From an uncultured cyanobacterium (GTDB lineage: Bacteria; Cyanobacteriota; Cyanobacteriia; Cyanobacteriales; Microcystaceae): 64,000 nt of DNA. A program made the translations under genes and the position numbers. The notes under the pieces were generated by a model. The model was given only the letters and a program-made list of their open reading frames with translations, was not told where the DNA came from and did not search any database. Below, piece by piece: positions 11,693 to 22,754 of the stretch. Within the stretch, counting starts at the first letter, position 1. Every line of letters starts with the position of its first letter. Where the stretch lies: NCBI GenBank assembly GCA_963807635.1, contig CAWEDJ010000086.1, positions 1-64,000 on the forward strand, read 5' to 3'.

Positions 11693-12105
11693 TTAGATCA
11701 TACGATCAATTAGTTGGCGACGTTTTTGCTCAAATTCATACTCCGAAACCAGACCTTCTGCTCGCAATTGATCCAATTCTCGGAGGGCTTCGGCGACGGC
11801 ACGTACTTGGGGTGGTTGAAAGGGATTTGTAAAACGACGATTCGTTGGGGACAAATTATTCAAATTAAATTGCTGTTGAAATTCTTCTTCCCCCTGCACC
11901 AAATACCAAACCGCATCGATCGCGCTCGCAATACGGGGAATCGGTGTATTCCAGAGCAACAGATAAATCACTCCCCAGAGAGGTTGTCCTAGATAGAATT
12001 TTTGTAGTCCCGCAATGGGCAGGGGAGAACTGTGGCTAAAAGAGCTAATATGATCGCCGTGCGCCGACTTTTAGGCAAATTTAATAACTTTTCTAGGGCT
12101 AACAT
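11693..12105 (-). CDS. TM2/NINE-domain membrane protein with C-terminal SHOCT domain, frameshifted near 12040
   Basis: Upstream frame reads IAGLQKFYLGQPLWGVIYLLL; C-terminus LDQLRAEGLVSEYEFEQKRRQL; ATG at 12105. Confidence 0.75.
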
Positions 12106-12321
12106 ATTTTTTTTTAATAATAATCCAAGCAGTAGACGCGATCGCCTGATCCTTCATGACCGCTTTTAACCTCTGAGGTTCCAAGGGGTTAACTGCGATC
12201 GCCCGATGGGATACGGAAAACCGTATTGTGTCCGAGGTTCTACTATTTTAGAATACAAATGAACAAACCCTAAATTAAAATATTATTAACTAAAGTCTCC
12301 AAAAGAGAGAGAGAAGCCACT

Positions 12322-12639
12322 ATGAGTTTTTTCGATTCAGAAGTCGTCCAACAAGAAGCCAAACAACTCTTTGAAGATTATCAATCCCTAACTCAGCTTG
12401 GGAGTGGGTATGGTAAATTTGATCGAGAAGGAAAAATCATGTTCATCGATAAAATGGAAGAACTAATGGAACGCTACAAAATTTTTATGAAGCGTTTTGA
12501 ATTGTCTGAAGATTTTATGGCAAAAATGACTGTTGAACAGCTCAAAACCCAACTAGGTCAATTTGGGATAACTCCCCAACAAATGTTTGACCAAATGCAC
12601 ACAACCCTAGAAAGAATGAAGTCAGAAATTAGTTATTAA
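12322..12639 (+). CDS. DUF1825 family protein
   Basis: FFDSEVVQQEAKQLFEDYQ...FMKRFELSEDFMA conserved cyanobacterial signature. Confidence 0.85.
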   Translation: MSFFDSEVVQQEAKQLFEDYQSLTQLGSGYGKFDREGKIMFIDKMEELMERYKIFMKRFELSEDFMAKMTVEQLKTQLGQFGITPQQMFDQMHTTLERMKSEISY

Positions 12640-12699
12640 ACGAAGTCTTAAAGAAATTAGTAATGATTAAAACCTTAAAAAATAAAAATTAGTAACTAA

Positions 12700-13896
12700 A
12701 TGATATATGATTTTGCTATTGTTGGTGGGGGAATCGTTGGCCTAGCAACGGGGTTATTTGTCGGCAAAAGATTTCCGTCAGCCCACATAATTATTCTAGA
12801 AAAAGAAAATCAACTAGCCTTTCATCAAACGGGTCATAATAGTGGGGTAATCCATTCTGGCGTTTACTATAAACCTGGCAGTTTCAAAGCCAAGTTTACC
12901 AGGGCAGGTAATCAATCAATGGTTGAATTTTGTCAGACCCATAATCTCCCCTATGATGTTTGTGGCAAAGTCATTGTTGCAACCCAAGAAAAAGAGTTAC
13001 CTCGTCTAGAAAATCTTTTTAAACGAGGGCTTGAAAATAATTTATCTGTTACCAAGCTCAGTCCTGAAGAAGTTAGGGAAATTGAACCTTACGTCAATTG
13101 TTTAGGGGGAATTAAAGTTCCAACGGCGGGAATTGTTAATTATAAAAAAGTCTGTCAAAAATATGGTGAATTGATCCAATTACAAGGAGGAGAAATTCGC
13201 TTAAATACTCAAGTTACCGATATTATTAAAACCAATCAGGGCTATACTCTAGAAACGAATCAAGCCCCAGTAAACGCTAAGTTTATGATTAATTGCGCGG
13301 GTTTACAAAGCGATCGCGTTGCGCAATTAGGAAGAGTCAATCCTGAAGCTAAAATTGTCCCTTTTCGCGGCGAATATTACGAATTAAAACCAGAGAAAAG
13401 GTATTTAGTTAAAAATCTAATTTATCCTGTTCCTAACCCTGATTTTCCCTTTTTGGGGGTTCATTTTACCCGCATGATTGATGGTAGTATCCACGCTGGC
13501 CCCAATGCGGTTTTGAGTCTTAAACGAGAAGGTTACGGAAAAACGGATTTTGATTTCAAAGATTTTACTGATGTCATTACCTATCCAGGTTTTTGGAAAT
13601 TAGCGGCCAAGCACGCCGATGAAGGAATTCAGGAAATTATTCGCTCCTTTAGTAAAGCCGCTTTTGTTCGCAGTTTACAACAGTTAATTCCTGATGTAAC
13701 CGGCGATGATATTATCCCTAACCCCGCAGGAATTCGCGCCCAAGCGTTAAAAAATAACGGTCAATTAGTGGAAGATTTCCTGATTATTGAAGATGATCAA
13801 GCGATGCACGTTTGTAATGCTCCTTCCCCTGCGGCCACCGCTTCTTTGGAAATTGGTCAGGCGATCACATCAAAAATACCTGATTCTGTCATTTGA
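12700..13896 (+). CDS. lhgO: L-2-hydroxyglutarate oxidase
   Basis: GGGIVG FAD motif, HQTGHNSGVIHSG, PFLGVHFT and NAPSPAATASL. Confidence 0.93.
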   Translation: MIYDFAIVGGGIVGLATGLFVGKRFPSAHIIILEKENQLAFHQTGHNSGVIHSGVYYKPGSFKAKFTRAGNQSMVEFCQTHNLPYDVCGKVIVATQEKELPRLENLFKRGLENNLSVTKLSPEEVREIEPYVNCLGGIKVPTAGIVNYKKVCQKYGELIQLQGGEIRLNTQVTDIIKTNQGYTLETNQAPVNAKFMINCAGLQSDRVAQLGRVNPEAKIVPFRGEYYELKPEKRYLVKNLIYPVPNPDFPFLGVHFTRMIDGSIHAGPNAVLSLKREGYGKTDFDFKDFTDVITYPGFWKLAAKHADEGIQEIIRSFSKAAFVRSLQQLIPDVTGDDIIPNPAGIRAQALKNNGQLVEDFLIIEDDQAMHVCNAPSPAATASLEIGQAITSKIPDSVI

Positions 13897-13904
13897 TAAT
13901 TTAG

Positions 13905-15141
13905 ATGAAAATTCTATTTATTCACCAAAATTTTCCTGGTCAATTTAAACATTTGGCTCCTGCTTTAGCTGACCAAGGCCATGAAGTTTTGCGCCCTTAC
14001 CACTAGGCAAGAATCTCCAAGTAAGTGGCAGGGAGTTAAATTAATCCCCTACCGTCCTAATCGCAGTAGTACACCGAATATTCATCCTTGGCTGATTGAT
14101 TTTGAAACTAAAACGATTCGCGCTGAAGCCGTTTTTTATCGAGCAAAACAACTCAAAGCACAAGGATTAAATCCCGATCTCATTATTTCTAATCCAGGCT
14201 GGGGAGAAAGTTTATTTATTAAAGAAGTGTGGCCCCAGGCAAAACTCGCGATTTATTGTGAATTCTTTTATCAAGTAGAAGGCGGTGATGTAGGTTTTGA
14301 TCCCGAATTTCCCCAAGAAGAAGATACCATTGCTTGTCGGTTACGGTTAAAAAATCTCAACAATCTTTTGCATTTTGAAGTGGCTGATGCGGGTCTTTCT
14401 CCAACCCAATGGCAGGCGAATTCTTTTCCTTCTGTTTTTCGTCAACGCATTACGGTGATCCATGATGGGATTGATACTCAGATACTTTCTCCTAATCCGA
14501 ATGTTAGTCTCACTCTCAATCGTCAACTGACCCTAACTCGTGCTGATGAAATTATTACCTTTGTTAATCGCAATCTAGAACCCTATCGTGGCTACCATAG
14601 TTTTATGCGGGCATTGCCAGAGATTTTGGCACGACGACCTCAAGCCAAGGTTCTCATTGTTGGAGGTAATGAGGTGAGTTATGGTTCGCCGCCTGGGGGT
14701 AATTTATCTTGGCGTGATATTTTTTTGAATGAAGCAAAGAGTAAAATGCCTCCCGAAGACTTAGCTCGGATTTATTTTTTAGGTCGCATTCCCTACAATT
14801 ATTTTGTTTCTCTGTTGCAACTTTCAACGGTTCATGTGTATCTAACTTATCCCTTTGTTTTGTCTTGGAGTTTACTAGAAGCGATGAGTTGTGGTTGCGC
14901 GATCGCGGCGAGTGATACGGCTCCTGTGCGCGAAGTTATTCATGATAAAAAGACGGGAAGGCTCGTTGATTTTTTTGATTATCAGGATATTGCTGAACAG
15001 GTTTGTCATTTGTTAGCTCACCCAGAAGAACGACAATTTCTAGGCAAGGCCGCGCGTCAAATGGCTTTAGAAAGATATGATTTGAAAACGATTTGTTTGC
15101 CGCAACAATTACAATGGTTAGCAGATTTGGGGATTGTCTAG
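13905..15141 (+). CDS. Glycosyltransferase family 4, frameshifted near 13995
   Basis: True start ATG 13905 reads MKILFIHQNFPGQFKHL; RNLEPYRG and YPFVLSWSLLEAMSCG motifs. Confidence 0.88.
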
Positions 15142-15151
15142 TTTGTAAAAA

Positions 15152-15174
15152 GGCGATCGCGTTTTAATGCGTTA
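15152..15174 (+). repeat. HIP1-containing 23-bp direct repeat, copy 1 (GGCGATCGCGTTTTAATGCGTTA)
   Basis: 22/23 identical to 15859..15881. Confidence 0.8.
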
Positions 15175-15283
15175 GATTTGTGAGATTCTTCTCTAAATTT
15201 GGAGTAGGCACTATCATCCGTAATGACAATGAGAAAAAGCGATCGGACTACAATACGAGTGATTTAACTGGAAAAAATTGATT

Positions 15284-15828
15284 ATGACGACAACAAGTAA
15301 CGGGGAAGGATACCAAGAAGGGGAAGGCTATTTGCCAGGGAAAAAGACATTCTCGATCAGTCAAAACCTGCAAAAAATAGACAAATGGAAATCATTAACA
15401 AGCAGTTAGCCAAATTCAGCGACCCGCTTGGTGATTTTATCGCGTGGCAAGTCTATCCCTCTGTGTTTGAGCTTTTTCAGGAGTGGGGCTTTGATTTTTG
15501 TTACATCTCTTCAGGAGTATCAGTCCATAGAGAAGGGGCGTTTTTAGATATTGATGTTTTTGCCGCTAGTGATTCAGAGGCTATCTTAATTGCGGTAAAA
15601 ACCAAGTTAAGTCAAGGGGATGTGGATGAGCATTTACATCGTTTGGCTCGGTTTAAGCGATTAATGCCTCGTTTTAAGGATGTTAAGGGGTTTGGTGCTG
15701 TAGCGGCGATGGTGGTTCCCGATGAGGTAGCGAGTTATGCTTATCGTCAGGGGTTGTTTGTGTTGGTGCAATCGGGAGAAAATGTGGTGATTTTGAATGA
15801 TGCTGAGTTTATACCCCAAGTTTGGTAA
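15284..15828 (+). CDS. DUF3782-like PD-(D/E)xK-fold protein, N-terminus probably frameshifted or degenerate
   Basis: LDIDVFA...LIAVKTKL...YAYRQGLFVLVQSGE...W; upstream ATG 15284 (MTTT) is out of frame. Confidence 0.7.
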
Positions 15829-15858
15829 GTTTGACTTTTTTTGAAATCTTACTTAAAG

Positions 15859-15881
15859 GGCGATCGCGTTTCAATGCGTTA
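15859..15881 (+). repeat. HIP1-containing 23-bp direct repeat, copy 2 (GGCGATCGCGTTTCAATGCGTTA)
   Basis: 22/23 identical to 15152..15174. Confidence 0.8.
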
Positions 15882-15950
15882 ATGTTGTTATCATTACCCA
15901 AGTTCTAATCTATTAATCTAAAATGAAAGAGACGTGACGAGGAGAAAGCG

Positions 15951-16223
15951 ATGCCGATGATGATTGAATCTGATTTAAAGGATGTTCTCAATAAGCTAGA
16001 CCAACGTTTTGACCGTCTGGATCAGAAGTTAGATAAAATCGAGAGCGATCTGACGGATCTGAAGGTTGATATGGCAACGGTTAAGGCTGATTTGACGACG
16101 GTAAAAGAAGAGGTTAAAGATCTTAGAGGTAGCCAACGCGCTCAGATATGGGCATTAATTGGGATTATTTTTACGGCGGTGGTCAGTGCAGTTATTAAGT
16201 TTGGCTTTTTTCCTGATGTTTAA
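15951..16223 (+). CDS. Small coiled-coil protein with C-terminal TM helix (multicopy cyanobacterial family)
   Basis: Heptad repeats followed by AQIWALIGIIFTAV; AGGAG RBS. Confidence 0.7.
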   Translation: MPMMIESDLKDVLNKLDQRFDRLDQKLDKIESDLTDLKVDMATVKADLTTVKEEVKDLRGSQRAQIWALIGIIFTAVVSAVIKFGFFPDV

Positions 16224-16327
16224 CGGGGAATGATAATTAACATCTATTTTTAATAACTACTCTTGGCTGTTCTGTTATATGATTGTGAGTGTACTTTGGA
16301 ATAACTTATCGAAAAAATCCTAATTTT

Positions 16328-17422
16328 ATGGCTAAAATAATATCCATTTTTAACAATAAAGGTGGCGTAGGCAAATCCACAATTTGCTGGAATATTGCCG
16401 ATGCCCTTGGCAGATTAGGAAAGAAAGTTTTACTTATTGATTTTGATCCACAATGTAACTTATCTATTGCTATTTTAGGAGAACAAACATTTGTTCAGAC
16501 GCTTCCAGAGGTTAACGCTCCCTACGGTACGACTATAAGGGCTTTTCTCCAGCGTTTTCTTCAAAATACAGGCGGAGAAGAAGTGTTTCTGCATCATGGC
16601 CCACACACGCATAAGAATGTTAGTTTAGTGGCAGGCGATTTCTGGCTTAATGTTTATGCAGACTCTTTGAATGTAGGTGCAGACTTACTTACTGGAACTG
16701 GTCTTACTCGCTATGTTGCATTGCAGCGAATTGTTCAACAGGCGGAACGCGAAGCTCAAAATCCTTTTGATTTTGTTTTAGTCGACCTACCCCCTTCTTT
16801 TGGAGCGTTGGTTCGTGCAGCTTTTTATTCTTCTGATTACTATGTTGTACCCTGCACATCTGATAATTTTAGTGTCTACTGTGTAGGACTTATAGGGCAA
16901 ATGGTTCCATCCTTTATCAAAGATTGGCAGATTGGATTGGATCGATTTAAGGGGAGTAATCCTCATTTTACTGACTTCGATAATCTTGGACAACCAGTTT
17001 TTGCAGGATGGCTTTTTAATGCTTTTGACACGGCCCGCCAACGTAGAACTCCTTCTCAGATTGCTGCCAATGCACCAATGGGAGAACGTAAAATGAATCA
17101 GGCTGATCGTACAATGCACGACCGTGTAGCCAAAGCGATACAAGACGATCTTGTTAAGCCTTTACGTGACAATATCAATGGATACAAAGCCGTTGCAGAA
17201 GTTCCAGTCCCAGATTTCCGTATTGGAGACATTGAAGATGCCAATACACTTATTCAAAATAGTCTTTGGTTAAATGTTCCGATGGGACAATTGCATAATC
17301 ATAAGCAAGTTGTAAACCTCCAAGATCGCAGCCAATGGGCATCTAACCAAATAGAACAAATTGAATTAATTCGCACTAAGTTTTCTGATACAGCGAAACA
17401 AATCGTTCAGATATGTGTGTAA
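16328..17422 (+). CDS. ParA/Soj-family ATPase (orphan)
   Basis: Deviant Walker A NNKGGVGKST, IDFDPQCNL and VDLPPS. Confidence 0.88.
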   Translation: MAKIISIFNNKGGVGKSTICWNIADALGRLGKKVLLIDFDPQCNLSIAILGEQTFVQTLPEVNAPYGTTIRAFLQRFLQNTGGEEVFLHHGPHTHKNVSLVAGDFWLNVYADSLNVGADLLTGTGLTRYVALQRIVQQAEREAQNPFDFVLVDLPPSFGALVRAAFYSSDYYVVPCTSDNFSVYCVGLIGQMVPSFIKDWQIGLDRFKGSNPHFTDFDNLGQPVFAGWLFNAFDTARQRRTPSQIAANAPMGERKMNQADRTMHDRVAKAIQDDLVKPLRDNINGYKAVAEVPVPDFRIGDIEDANTLIQNSLWLNVPMGQLHNHKQVVNLQDRSQWASNQIEQIELIRTKFSDTAKQIVQICV

Positions 17423-17675
17423 ATTAATGAGTCAAAGCATGGCGTTGCTGAAGCAAAGTATGAATGCAAACTTTGCACATATCCATAAGTTAGTTTGAGT
17501 TTAGGTTTTAAAAATCTCACAAAAGAAGATTCATATCTCAACTCAGCAATGCCCAAAGAATTATTAAATTTGAATAAAGCCTGATTATATAAAGATCGAT
17601 CATTGTTTTTGGTGATTGGGCTACTGAAAACAGACAAGAGTTAATCCTAACTTTTAAACAAAGAGGATAAAAATT

Positions 17676-17936
17676 GTGAACTCTATCACCATAAATCAAT
17701 TTACCAATAACCTGCAAAACCTAATTAAACAAGTCATTAATCAACATAGTCCCCTCAAAATAACCAATCAAGACGGAGCCGATTTTGTCGTGATCAGTGC
17801 CAAAGATGAAGCTCAAATGGCATTAGAAGAAAAATTCAATCAACTCTGCGAAGACACTCAAAAGCTATTTATTGATAATCCAATTACAGAAGAAGAAATT
17901 CAAGCCGAAATTGATGCTTATCGGAGAGGTGAATAA
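17676..17936 (+). CDS. Phd/YefM-family antitoxin-like protein (no adjacent toxin)
   Basis: N-terminus INQFTNNL..LIKQV...PLKIT...DFVVISAKD is YefM-like. Confidence 0.65.
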   Translation: MNSITINQFTNNLQNLIKQVINQHSPLKITNQDGADFVVISAKDEAQMALEEKFNQLCEDTQKLFIDNPITEEEIQAEIDAYRRGE

Positions 17937-18042
17937 AAATCATCATTTAAGATTTAACAGAAGTTATGCGATCGCCCTTCTTTTGGGTTTATCAATCGCA
18001 TCAAAAATCCCTAAATAATTAACCTATTAATAACTTTTAAAA

Positions 18043-18363
18043 ATGACTCTAATTACCAATCCTCCGCCAACTGTTGATTATGCCCCATCGGAACTACAAG
18101 GCGATTTAGTCGCGATGCAAAATTTAGAAGTAGGGCAACTTTTAGCTATTACAGAAATACAAATTTCTCCTTCTCAACAAGAACTTCATTTACAATTACT
18201 AGAAAAAAATCAAAATGACCAATTAACCGATTCAGAGCAACAATTACTTAAATCATTGAGAATTAATGCTGATTATCTGATGCTCAAAAAAGCTTATGCT
18301 TGGTCAGTATTGAAATGGAAAGGCTATCCTATTCCAGAATTGAATCAATTACCAAAAGAATAA
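18043..18363 (+). CDS. Hypothetical protein typically paired with an HNH endonuclease
   Basis: LLEKNQ..QLTDSE...LMLKKAYAWSVLKWKGY; coupled to the downstream HNH gene. Confidence 0.7.
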   Translation: MTLITNPPPTVDYAPSELQGDLVAMQNLEVGQLLAITEIQISPSQQELHLQLLEKNQNDQLTDSEQQLLKSLRINADYLMLKKAYAWSVLKWKGYPIPELNQLPKE

Positions 18364-18365
18364 TT

Positions 18366-18788
18366 GTGCCATCTATTTCTAAATCCATTCGAGAACAAAT
18401 TATTAATCAAGCAGATAATCGCTGCGAATATTGTCGATCTTCTAGCCGTTTAACAGGAATCCCTTTGGTAATTGATCATATTGTGCCAACTTCTTTGATG
18501 GGAAGTAATGAGAACGATAATTTATGTGCAGCTTGCTATCGTTGTAATGAGTTTAAGGGTGCGAAAATTACCAGTAATGATCCTGTCACGAATGAATTTA
18601 TTTTGTTATTTAATCCCAGAAAAGAAAAATGGTCAGATCACTTTAGCTGGGCCAATGGCGGTACACATATTATTGGAATAACCGCAACAGGAAGAGCCAC
18701 TGTTTTATCGCTACGTTTAAACAATGAAAATATTGTCCAAGCAAGGGCAATTTGGATAGGTTTAAACTGGCATCCTCCAGAAAATTAA
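18366..18788 (+). CDS. HNH endonuclease
   Basis: RCEYC...IDHIVP...NLCAACYRCNEFKG and LFNPR; GTG start at 18366. Confidence 0.9.
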   Translation: MPSISKSIREQIINQADNRCEYCRSSSRLTGIPLVIDHIVPTSLMGSNENDNLCAACYRCNEFKGAKITSNDPVTNEFILLFNPRKEKWSDHFSWANGGTHIIGITATGRATVLSLRLNNENIVQARAIWIGLNWHPPEN

Positions 18789-18981
18789 CTGAAAATATTG
18801 TTGATATAAAAATGGCTCAAATTTATTGCTAAATAACCCATGAAGAGTCTATATCCATGCCCAAAAGATGTTAAACTGCTATTAATCTTGTGCCCGATTT
18901 TACCAAGGGTTCAAGAAAAGCTTACTTTTTCGTTTTCTGAAGACCTGAGATTACAATTTTTATTTAGTTTGGAGCCTTTCC

Positions 18982-21552
18982 ATGACCTCTTCCCTTGAAC
19001 GGATTATTCCCACCGACCTGAGAAACGAAATGTCGCGTTCTTACCTAGAATACGCCATGAGCGTCATTGTCGGACGGGCATTGCCTGATGCGAGGGATGG
19101 CTTAAAACCCGTTCACCGTCGCATTCTCTTCGCCATGCACGAGTTGGGATTAACGCCAGAGCGACCTTTTCGGAAATGTGCGCGGGTTGTGGGGGAAGTG
19201 TTGGGGAAATATCATCCGCATGGAGATACGGCGGTTTATGATGCTCTGGTGCGGATGGCTCAGGATTTCTCGATGCGCGATCGCCTGATTGATGGGCATG
19301 GGAACTTTGGTTCGGTGGATAATGATCCGCCTGCCGCCATGCGTTATACGGAATGTCGCCTCAGACCCCTTTCAAGTTATGCCGTATTACGGGATATTGA
19401 ATCAGATACTGTTGATTTTATTGATAACTTCGATGGATCGCAGCAGGAACCCGTTGTTTTGCCTGCTCGCATTCCCCAACTACTGTTAAATGGTTCATCG
19501 GGAATTGCGGTCGGTATGGCGACTAATATTCCGCCCCATAATTTGGGTGAATTAATTGAAGGCACGATCGCGCTGATTCATAATCCCGAATTAACGGATT
19601 TGGAATTGATGCAATATATTCCTGGCCCGATTTCCCCACAGGAGCGCAGATTTTAGGGCGATCGGGCATTAAAGATGCTTATACAACAGGACGCGGTTCC
19701 ATTACCATGCGCGGTGTGGCAGAAATTGAGATTCTAGAGCAACGGGGACGACAAGACCGAGAAGCCATCATTATTACCCAGTTGCCCTATCAAACCAATA
19801 AAGCGGCCCTGATTGAGCGCATTGCTGACCTCGTTAACGATAAGAAATTAGAAGGGATTTCGGATATTCGGGATGAAAGCGATCGCGACGGGATGCGGAT
19901 CGTGATTGAACTCAAACGCGATGCCTATGCCCGTGTTGTCCTGAATAATCTTTATAAACAAACCCCTGTCCAGTCGAATTTTGGGGCAAATATGCTGGCC
20001 CTGGTCGGTGGGGAACCCCAACTGCTGACCATTAAGGAATTTCTCCGTGTCTTCCTAGAATTTCGCGTTGTAACGATTACCCGACGCACCCAACTATGAA
20101 TTGCGGAAAGCCCAGGATCGGGATCATTTATTACAGGGTTTACTGATCGCCCTGGGAAATTTGGATGCGGTGATTCGCCTAATTCGGGCGGCGGCAGATA
20201 CAGCCACAGCTAAGGCGGAATTGGTGGAAGGATTTGGACTGTCGGAAGTGCAGGCTGATGCGATTTTACAAATGCAACTGCGACGATTAACGGCCCTAGA
20301 AGCCGATAAAATCAATGCCGAACATGATGAATTACAGCTAACGATCGCCGATTTGCAAGATATTCTGGCTCGCAAAGAACGCATTGATGCGATTATCGAA
20401 GAAGAATTGGACCAAATTAAAACTCTTTATGCCACACCCCGCCGCACGGAAATTGTGCTGGATGATGGCGAGATTTATGACCGAGATTTAATTGCCAATG
20501 AACAGGCAGTGATTCTAGTCACGGAACAGGGTTACATCAAACGGATGCCCGCTAATACCTTTGGGACTCAGAGCCGAGCTACCAGGGGGAAAGCCGCCGC
20601 CAAAATTAAAGAGGATGACGGGGTTGAGCATTTCCTGAGCTGTTGCGACCATGACCAAATTCTCTTTTTCAGCGATCGCGGAGTGGTTTATGGAATCAAT
20701 GCCTATCAAATTCCTGTCGTCTCACGGACAGCGCGGGGGGTTCCCATTATCCAAATGTTGCCCATTCCCAAGGATGAAAAAATCACGTCTATCCTCCCTG
20801 TTTCAGAATTTACCGATGACACCTATTTGATCATGTTGACCAAGGGGGGATCGATCAAAAAAACCGCCCTTTCTGCCTTTAGTCATATTCGTTCCAATGG
20901 TTTGATTGCCATTTCCCTTGCCGATGGAGATCAACTGCGTTGGGTACGGTTAGCTAAAGTCGAAGACAGTATTATTATCGGGTCTCGTAAAGGGATGACT
21001 ATTCATTTCCGTGCCGACAGTGAACAGTTACGACCGCTAGGACGAGCGACCAAGGGTGTTAAGGCGATGAAAATGCGATCGGGCGATGAACTGATTAGCA
21101 TGGATATTTTACCGAGTCAGGTGGTGGCTAATATTGCCAGTGCGGAAGACGAACCTGAAGAGGAAACTAGCGATCTGTTGGAAACGGAAGAAATTGTTGA
21201 AGAAACCACCCCAGGCCCCTGGGTTTTGGCGATCACAACGGGCGGTTTTGGGAAACGGGTTCCTGTGACTCAGTTCCGTCTGCAACGTCGCGCAGGGATG
21301 GGCGTGAAGGCCATTCGCTTTAAGTCTCCCAGTGATCAATTAGCTGCCATTCATGTGGTCAATGCTGAAGATGAATTAATGCTCGTCACCAATCGGGGAA
21401 TTATTATTCGTCAAGCGGTTGATGCCATTTCTACCCAATCTCGGACTGCGACGGGAGTTCGGGTTCAACGTCTGGATGCTGATGATGCGATCGCGGCGGT
21501 TGCCTTAGTGCCTCCTTTAGCGGAAGGAGAAGAGGAAGGAGAAGCCGAATAA
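18982..21552 (+). CDS. gyrA: DNA gyrase subunit A, split by frameshifts near 19630 and 20098
   Basis: [26 protein letters not shown] and GyrA-box-like QSRATRG across three consecutive ORFs. Confidence 0.95.
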
Positions 21553-21649
21553 AGTAGTTCCAAAGCGATCATCGTTTTTCTCAAAGTCGGTAATTAGGGA
21601 AGTTTATTATCCCCATAAAAAGACTTCTAAAAATTCGGCGATCGCCTGA

Positions 21650-22345
21650 TTAGTCATTCGATTTGAGTTTTTTTGACCTTGGTAAAAGGTTAACCTGAAA
21701 GACCTGGGCAAAGCTTCTTACAATATCATCCTGCACCTGTTTGATGGTAATTGTGGGTAAAAATTGGGCCAAACTACCGACGGGTTTATCAGCAATACCA
21801 CAGGGAACAATGCGAGTAAATCCTGTTAAATCAGGACAAACATTAATCGCAAAACCGTGCATCGTAATCCAACGACTCACCTTAATCCCGATCGCCGCAA
21901 TTTTATGACCTTCTACCCAAACCCCCGTTAGTCCCGATAACCGTTCTGCCGGTAAACTGTAACTCTGCAAAACCTGTAAAATAACCTCTTCTAATTGACG
22001 GAGATACCAATGTAAATCCTGTTGGTAGTAACGTAAATTAAGGATCGGATAACCCACGAGTTGACCTGGGCAATGGTAAGTCACTTCACCGCCCCGTTCA
22101 ATGCGATGAATTTCACAGGATGTATCTTGGGGATCAAATCTTAAAAAATCCTGACTAGATCCCGTTCCCAAAGTATAGACGGCGGGATGTTCCAATAACA
22201 ACAAAACATCTTCCAACATCGGATCAGCCAATCGGGCAGCCACCAGCGATCGCTGATAATCCCAAGCGGTCTGATAGGCCACCAAACCTAATGTCTCCCA
22301 TCGACAAATTCTCGGAGTTGGCTCGGAAGCAGGGTTAAAAATCAT
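21650..22345 (-). CDS. lipB: Lipoyl(octanoyl) transferase
   Basis: [34 protein letters not shown] and IVPCG. Confidence 0.95.
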   Translation of the reverse strand: MIFNPASEPTPRICRWETLGLVAYQTAWDYQRSLVAARLADPMLEDVLLLLEHPAVYTLGTGSSQDFLRFDPQDTSCEIHRIERGGEVTYHCPGQLVGYPILNLRYYQQDLHWYLRQLEEVILQVLQSYSLPAERLSGLTGVWVEGHKIAAIGIKVSRWITMHGFAINVCPDLTGFTRIVPCGIADKPVGSLAQFLPTITIKQVQDDIVRSFAQVFQVNLLPRSKKLKSND

Positions 22346-22754
22346 ATAATTCTCCTGATTTTCACTGAGGAAATGTAAAGAGATGCAAAGGAAAATAAGA
22401 ATGATGACAAAGACTATGTTTTAAGCAATACAAGGTGCTAATCTAAAAATAGAAAGTAAATTAGAGAAGGAGAAAGCCACCTTGAGGCGAACCTCAAAAT
22501 CACACCAGTTCCTCTCAAGTCTAAAGGGTTCAAGAAAAAGATGAAAATCTTTTTTGCGACTATGACAATATCAGGTGTGTGACTATTTTGTACTTAGGTC
22601 ATTAATGAGTATGAATCCACCCAAATATGGAATATTTCGTTAATAGATTGTTTCTTTAAATAGCAATCTTTATTGACTCGATCCTGTTTGAACTTAGTCC
22701 AAATTTTTCAATTAACACAGCATTTACTATTAAATTGAGTAGGGAGAATTCAGT

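Noticed and set aside
18982..21552. gyrA as a pseudogene, split gene or intein-containing gene
   Set aside because: The three pieces are colinear with single-base shifts and no inserted sequence. The same pattern affects many essential genes, so sequencing indels are the likely cause.
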